Origin: Acidobacteriota bacterium
GTDB lineage: Bacteria > Acidobacteriota > UBA6911
DNA: 64,000 bases
Assembly (NCBI GenBank): GCA_016934295.1
Contig: JAFGTD010000019.1
Location: 10,950 to 74,949, forward strand
Direction: 5' to 3'
Shown here: positions 58,784 through 64,000 of the stretch, piece after piece
Layout: each line of letters starts with the position of its first letter
How positions within the stretch are numbered: the stretch's first letter is position 1
Program-made: the position numbers and the translations under genes
The notes under the pieces: generated by a model
The model's input: the letters and a program-made list of their open reading frames with translations, nothing else
Told to the model about the DNA's origin: nothing
Database searches by the model: none

Positions 58784-59760
58784 GAAAATTCAGTTTCCAA
58801 TGTTTTAAACCGTCGTCGATCGTCGCGGTTTCTGTAAAATATGTAAATAATGCCGCCCGGAATGGAGGAAAGGATAATCATAATCGACGTAACCAATCCA
58901 AGGGCGATGCAGGAAGCCGGCTCAATGCCGATTCCCCCAAAGAGACTCATGAAAGCGTATTCTCTCAATCCCATTCCGTTCAGACTCACCGGTATCATGG
59001 AGATCAAGGTGATTACGGGAACAAATACCAGGAAATAATAAAACGGTATTTCCAGACGAAGGCCGGCCGCCGTAACCCATACGGAGATTATGACCAGTAG
59101 CTGGTTGACGAATGAAATCAGCAACGAACCCAGAAGTACCGATTTTTGCTTCCCTATAATTTGAAACGCATCGGCAACCCTGTCCGCTTTTTTTTCAATC
59201 CTGGCCATCTTCAGGCGTTTCAGCAATCGATGCAGTATGTTGTGACACCGGGGGGCGAACAGGCAGGTATTTCCCAGAATAAATACGGCAAACGCGCCCC
59301 AGATGATAATAGACACCGGGATGCCCGGAACGGAAACCGGATAAAAGATAATGCCGATACAGGCAATGATCAGCATGGCGAGCATCCCGGTATCCCGGTC
59401 CAGGAAAGTGGATGCAAAACTCTGGGAGTAGGAGTCGGAGTGCTTTCCGATGTAATAGATCTTTACTACATCCCCTCCGATTATGGTAGGGAAGGTCAGG
59501 TTGAAGAAAAGACCGATACAGTAAATTCCAAAAAGACTGTTCAATGAAGGCACCGGCATAAGGGGCCGTATCAGGAGTCTCCATCGGAATATGCATACAT
59601 AATGCGCTACCCAGAGCAGGCTAAATGCCGCGATCAGGATCCCAAAACGGGCGTTGCGCAGAGTCATTCCAAAATTTTCAAAGTCGATATTTTGAAAAAT
59701 GTAGTAGAACAACAGGGCCGTGATCGCAATTTTAACAAACGGCAATACTTTAGTTTTCAT
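58780..59760 (-). CDS. UPF0104 / lysylphosphatidylglycerol-synthase-TM-like (flippase-like) membrane protein
   Basis: Polytopic membrane protein with a UPF0104-like pattern. The start is placed at the ATG MKTKVLPF, which overlaps the end of the upstream ArnT-like gene by 11 nt. Confidence 0.65.
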   Translation of the reverse strand: MKTKVLPFVKIAITALLFYYIFQNIDFENFGMTLRNARFGILIAAFSLLWVAHYVCIFRWRLLIRPLMPVPSLNSLFGIYCIGLFFNLTFPTIIGGDVVKIYYIGKHSDSYSQSFASTFLDRDTGMLAMLIIACIGIIFYPVSVPGIPVSIIIWGAFAVFILGNTCLFAPRCHNILHRLLKRLKMARIEKKADRVADAFQIIGKQKSVLLGSLLISFVNQLLVIISVWVTAAGLRLEIPFYYFLVFVPVITLISMIPVSLNGMGLREYAFMSLFGGIGIEPASCIALGLVTSIMIILSSIPGGIIYIFYRNRDDRRRFKTLETEFS

Positions 59761-61564
59761 TATTTTGAACCGGCATTTCCGGCGCGCGTGATGCAACCGG
59801 GCGATTGGATACAAGGAGAAGTTCCTCCTCGGGTGCGTAACCCCCATTCAAGATCGTTCTCATTTTTATTGAGAACCTTGGGCCACGATCCAGCACGGGA
59901 AGATCCAGACCGGAATTTTCCGAAAAGAATGCATGATCCTTGGCAGTTATAATACAAAACAGGGGCGAGTCCGACTGAAATCTGCGCAGCATGGAAGCCG
60001 GATCGTATTCCCGGAAGATCTGTTTTTTTAAATAGAAGACCATGCTCGGTACCGTTACGCCGTAATAACCCACCTGGGAATCAGCGGTTGCATGCGCTTC
60101 AATCTTTTTGCAGAAGCTCTTCACCGGCCGGAATGCCTCCAGAGCGGGAAAATAAAAAATAACCCCCATCATAAACACGATCCATATGGATGTCGCTATT
60201 GCAGGGAAACAATAAGATATTCTTCGCTTGAAAACGCATATGATAGCCAATATCGCCGCCCCTGCAATAACCAGGGATGGAACATAGTGTAACACGGGAG
60301 CAATATGAGGCATAAACGAGTGAAGAATAAAAAATACCAGGATGGAAAATGCAAGGAGAAGAATGCACAGGAGCAGATAAAGCCGTTTCCAGACAGTAAC
60401 CGAACTTCGTTTCGTATTGCCGGAATTCGATGCGGGAATTTTTATCCGAAAATTCGCTGCTATGCCAGTCAAACTTTTATCCAGGACGGCTGCCAGTATA
60501 ACGGCGACAACGGGATACATGGGTGCAATATAATACTCCTGTTTGTTCTTTGAGACGGAAAACATGAGAAATATCAGAAGGCACCAGATAAGAGGGAGAC
60601 CGAAGGACAGACTTTTAAACGGCAGCCATTGTCTCCGGTTTCTCCACAAGAGAAACAATGCCGCAGCCGCAGGGAAGGACCAGGGGAAAAAGTCGGAGAC
60701 AAAGACGGAAAAATAGTATAAAGGGCCTCTGGCCGGCCCGAAGGAATCCGAAAGATAACGTCCCAGGTTATCCTTTAAGAAAAACGTTCCGATATATGTC
60801 CAGCCGTATTCCCGGTAGATCAGGATATACCAGGGAAGAACCACTGCCGCCAGGATGGATAGTCCCAGGATAGGGCGGATTTCGGAAATATTGAATTTCC
60901 TGTTCCACAAAGACCAGGCCAGGTATACGCCCGCGGGAACAAGGACGGCTACCGGTCCTTTCGTAAGGAAACCGGCGCCGGCGAACAGATAGGATAAAGC
61001 CCAGTAACCGCGATTTTTTGTCTGTATCGCCCTTATCAGGAAGAAAAAAGTACCCATCAGGAAGAACATCAAAAGGGTATCGATGGGCAGACGTCGCGCT
61101 AGAATCAAGACTCTGGCGGTAGTGGCCGTGACAACCGCCGCAATCAAAGCAACCCGCGGGTTAAAAAGAGAAAGAGCAATGGCATAAGAAAAAAGGATAA
61201 TCGATATAGCGGCTATGCAACCGGGGAGGCGAACGGAAAATTCGTTGACGCCGAACAGCTTATAGGACGCAAGGATCGCCCAGTACGTCAGCGGGGGTTT
61301 CTGGGTACGGGGCTCGAAATTGAAATAAGGCGCGAGGTAATCTTCCGATACCATCATTTCACGCGAAGTTTCCGCGTAAAAGGCCTCGCTTGCATTCCAG
61401 ATGGAAGAAGAGCCTATGCGAATGCAATAGGGGAGAGATACCGACACTAAAATCAGGATGTGTACTATCGGTGAAGAAAGTCGAAGGCTGGTTTTTTGCA
61501 TGGCATTCAAATGACGAAGAGCCGAATTCCCGTTTAAAAATGCATTTTCAAGCAACGGTCCCAT
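59750..61564 (-). CDS. ArnT/PMT-family (GT-C, GT39/GT83-like) polyprenyl-phosphate-sugar-dependent glycosyltransferase
   Basis: N-terminal GT-C signature region (ETSREMMVSEDYLAPYFNFEPRTQKPPLTYW) and about 12 TM helices. The true start may be the ATG at 61501 (MQKTSL...). Confidence 0.75.
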   Translation of the reverse strand: MGPLLENAFLNGNSALRHLNAMQKTSLRLSSPIVHILILVSVSLPYCIRIGSSSIWNASEAFYAETSREMMVSEDYLAPYFNFEPRTQKPPLTYWAILASYKLFGVNEFSVRLPGCIAAISIILFSYAIALSLFNPRVALIAAVVTATTARVLILARRLPIDTLLMFFLMGTFFFLIRAIQTKNRGYWALSYLFAGAGFLTKGPVAVLVPAGVYLAWSLWNRKFNISEIRPILGLSILAAVVLPWYILIYREYGWTYIGTFFLKDNLGRYLSDSFGPARGPLYYFSVFVSDFFPWSFPAAAALFLLWRNRRQWLPFKSLSFGLPLIWCLLIFLMFSVSKNKQEYYIAPMYPVVAVILAAVLDKSLTGIAANFRIKIPASNSGNTKRSSVTVWKRLYLLLCILLLAFSILVFFILHSFMPHIAPVLHYVPSLVIAGAAILAIICVFKRRISYCFPAIATSIWIVFMMGVIFYFPALEAFRPVKSFCKKIEAHATADSQVGYYGVTVPSMVFYLKKQIFREYDPASMLRRFQSDSPLFCIITAKDHAFFSENSGLDLPVLDRGPRFSIKMRTILNGGYAPEEELLLVSNRPVASRAPEMPVQNNEN

Positions 61565-61601
61565 GTATGGAAGGCAGCGGATTCAGAAGAATTAACCCGG
61601 A

Positions 61602-64000
61602 TTAAAAAAGAGGTTTCTGTATTTCGTCAAGCACCTCATCCGCAGTCCGTTTCCTGGAGCGCCCGGTCAGATCTATGTCCTTTCTCTCAAGCCGTTGCAG
61701 AATTTCAGCGGCTCTTAACAGCACCGGCCGTGGCATGCCCGCCAGGCGGGCGACTTCGATGCCGTAACTTTTGTCTGCAACACCCGGTGTAACTCTGCGC
61801 AGGAATATTATTTCCCCCCCGGCTTCCTGAATCGTCATGCAATAGTTCTTAACCCCCGGATGGATCGAAGCCATTTTGGTCAGTTCATGATAGTGCGTGG
61901 CGAAAAGGGTTTTAGGTTTCAGGCTTTGATTATTCACGAGATATTCCGCAATCGCCCATGCAAGGGAGAGGCCGTCAAACGTAGCTGTGCCCCGGCCGAC
62001 TTCATCCAGGAGAATAAGGCTGCGATCGGTGGCTGTATTCAGGATGTTCGCGGTTTCGATCATTTCCACCATAAAGGTAGAACGGCCTCTTGCCAGATTA
62101 TCCGAAGCGCCCACCCGGGTATATATGCGGTCGACGCATCCGATGCGAGCTTCCTGCGCCGGGACGAAAGATCCCATTTGTGCAAGAATGACGATCAACG
62201 CGGTTTGACGCAGAAATGTAGATTTGCCGCCCATATTCGGCCCCGTCAACAGAATCAACCGGTCCGTCCCTGAATTCACGTAAAGATCGTTTGGAATAAA
62301 GGGGAGGCTCTGGGTTTCAATCACGGGGTGACGTCCCTGTCGAATATATATTGCATCCTCTTCAGTCAGAACAGGCCGTTTGTAGTCGTTTTTCAGTGCG
62401 GTTTCCGACAGGGAGGCGTAGACATCCAACTCGCCAAGAAGGCGGGCTGTTTTTTGTATCCGGTCGCCCTGGAGTCCGACTCTTTTCCGAAATTCGATGA
62501 AAATTTCCTTTTCAAGGGATGCAATTCTTTCTTCAGCCCTAAGGACTTTTTCTTCATACTCCTGGAGTTCTTCCGTTACGAACCGTTCGCAGTTCACCAG
62601 GGTCTGTTTGCGAATATAATTGTTGGGAACAAGCGACAGGTTTGCCTTGGTTACCTCTATAAAGTAGCCGAAAACGTTATTGAATTTTATTTTGAGCGAT
62701 TGAATCCCGGTTTTTTCCCGCTCCCTTGATTCCAGGGATGCAATGTATCCTTTCCCGCTGTGACGGATATCCCGGAATTCATCGAGTTCATCGGAATATC
62801 CCGAGCGGACAATGCCGGGTTCGTTTGCGGATACCGGTGCATTGTCTGAAATACATTTCTCTATCAGTTCCACGACGTCTTCAAGAGGATCCAGGGTGTC
62901 GCGGATTTCAGCCAGTCGCTGAGCGGAATAGGATTGCAGAATCCTCCGAACTGCAGGGACGACGCGAAGGGAATCGCGCAAGGCAAGTATTTCGCGCGGA
63001 TTCGAAACTTCAGCCATGACGCGGTTTACAAGACGTTCCAGGTCGTGAATTTCGCAAAGCTTTTTCCGGAATTTATCCAGATTCTGGATGTCGGACATGA
63101 ATGCGGCGATCGAATCCTGCCGGCACACAAGTGCATCCACATTCAACAAAGGCCGCAAAAGCCAGGATTTCAGCAGCCTTGCACCCATTCCCGTTTGTGT
63201 ATCATCCAGAAGGAAAAATAACGATCCCTTTTTAGATCCATCCAGGGTCTGAGTTAATTCAAGGTTGGTTACGGTCGATGCGTCCAGTTTCATAAAGTCG
63301 GAAGGTTCGAAAAAACGAAGATTGGCGACCTTGCCGATTTGCGTCAGACGCGTTTCCTTCAAATAGTGGATCAACGCTCCCGCAGCGCACAGTGACAGCG
63401 AATGCCCGGATGCTCCGAGACCGTCCAGGCTGGGAAGGTTGAAATGCTCAAGAAGAATGCGATGGGCATACTCCTGATTGAATACCCAGTCTTCCAGGGG
63501 GCTCGCGACCCATCGATCCGACCATTCCCGGAACAGTTTCGCCTGAATGTCTTTATGGGATCCGTCCGGTAGCAGAATCTCTTTCGGCGTGAAACGGGCA
63601 AATTCATCCAGTGATTTTTGCCACGCCTGCTCGCCCATGAACTCCGTGGCGAGAAAATCCGATGTCGTCAGGTCCATAAATGCCATGCCGATTCCCTTTT
63701 CCGTGCCGTAAAAACATCCCAGGTAATTATTGTCTTTCGGCTCCAGGAGCATTTCCTCCAGGACGGTTCCGGGTGTCAGGACTCTTGTCACTTCGCGCCG
63801 CACTAATTTTTTGTTCGTGCTGGAAGCTTCGACCTGTTCACAGATAGCGACCTTAAATCCCTTTTTCATCAATCGGGCGATATAACCCTCGACAGAGTGG
63901 TGGGGAACGCCGCACATTGGAATAGGCGCACCGTTCCTGTCTTTATTTCTCGATGTGAGAGTGATCTCAAGCTCTCGGGAGGCGAGGACTGCGTCCTCGT
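61602..64000 (-). CDS. mutS: DNA mismatch repair protein MutS (5'-partial: the N-terminus lies beyond the window end)
   Basis: Walker A GPNMGGKSTFLRQ and connector/clamp domains. The frame stays open upstream of the track start to the window edge (...LEITLTSRNKDRNGAPIPMCGVPHHS). Confidence 0.93.
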   Translation of the reverse strand, partial: EDAVLASRELEITLTSRNKDRNGAPIPMCGVPHHSVEGYIARLMKKGFKVAICEQVEASSTNKKLVRREVTRVLTPGTVLEEMLLEPKDNNYLGCFYGTEKGIGMAFMDLTTSDFLATEFMGEQAWQKSLDEFARFTPKEILLPDGSHKDIQAKLFREWSDRWVASPLEDWVFNQEYAHRILLEHFNLPSLDGLGASGHSLSLCAAGALIHYLKETRLTQIGKVANLRFFEPSDFMKLDASTVTNLELTQTLDGSKKGSLFFLLDDTQTGMGARLLKSWLLRPLLNVDALVCRQDSIAAFMSDIQNLDKFRKKLCEIHDLERLVNRVMAEVSNPREILALRDSLRVVPAVRRILQSYSAQRLAEIRDTLDPLEDVVELIEKCISDNAPVSANEPGIVRSGYSDELDEFRDIRHSGKGYIASLESREREKTGIQSLKIKFNNVFGYFIEVTKANLSLVPNNYIRKQTLVNCERFVTEELQEYEEKVLRAEERIASLEKEIFIEFRKRVGLQGDRIQKTARLLGELDVYASLSETALKNDYKRPVLTEEDAIYIRQGRHPVIETQSLPFIPNDLYVNSGTDRLILLTGPNMGGKSTFLRQTALIVILAQMGSFVPAQEARIGCVDRIYTRVGASDNLARGRSTFMVEMIETANILNTATDRSLILLDEVGRGTATFDGLSLAWAIAEYLVNNQSLKPKTLFATHYHELTKMASIHPGVKNYCMTIQEAGGEIIFLRRVTPGVADKSYGIEVARLAGMPRPVLLRAAEILQRLERKDIDLTGRSRKRTADEVLDEIQKPLF

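Noticed and set aside
1-64000. CRISPR arrays, integrases or transposases, phage genes, toxin-antitoxin pairs
   Set aside because: None recognised. The only repeats are the short heptamer elements. Base composition is uniform and gene content is core housekeeping.

Overview
The window is a chromosomal, housekeeping-dense stretch of a Gram-negative bacterium at about 50% GC. Gene content (a multi-repeat MlaD, an HDOD-GGDEF protein, orphan pilT and pilZ, a RomR-like receiver protein, BamD, LpxL) suggests a deltaproteobacterial or Desulfobacterota-type genome; that placement is inference only. About 50 protein genes are supported on both strands. There are no rRNA or tRNA genes, CRISPR arrays, transposases or integrases.

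Recognisable content: an mlaE-mlaF-mlaD-pgsA operon; aroC, def-fmt-rsmB, rpe, bamD, valS-birA, ftsY and a fused pabB-pabC gene; an amidase/hypothetical/Crp operon; an SLT transglycosylase, alaS-recX, pilT, fabG, radC, hemW, mtnP, hisS, mutL, dnaE-guaA, hisG, uppP, rarA and a partial mutS; and a four-gene GT2 / flippase-like / ArnT-like glycosylation cluster next to yqeC.

Signals worth a second look:
- A recurring intergenic element made of tandem 7-bp TTYAATC/T units, found at least 4 times, always just upstream of and co-directional with a gene start.
- guaA has no ATG, GTG or TTG available in frame; ATT with a GGAG Shine-Dalgarno is the likely start, and a 21-codon upstream ORF ends inside the start region.
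- A tightly linked pair of uncharacterised all-helical proteins (40863-42618) sharing a WLET motif. This is the best candidate here for an undescribed module, but nothing in the sequence points to a function.
- An 18-bp near-perfect palindrome just upstream of the aroC ribosome-binding site.
- A receiver protein with a RomR-like C-terminus.
- An unannotated 57-codon membrane ORF with an ATGA overlap.

No clear mobile or defence island is visible. All product calls rest on motifs read by eye; none was checked against a database.
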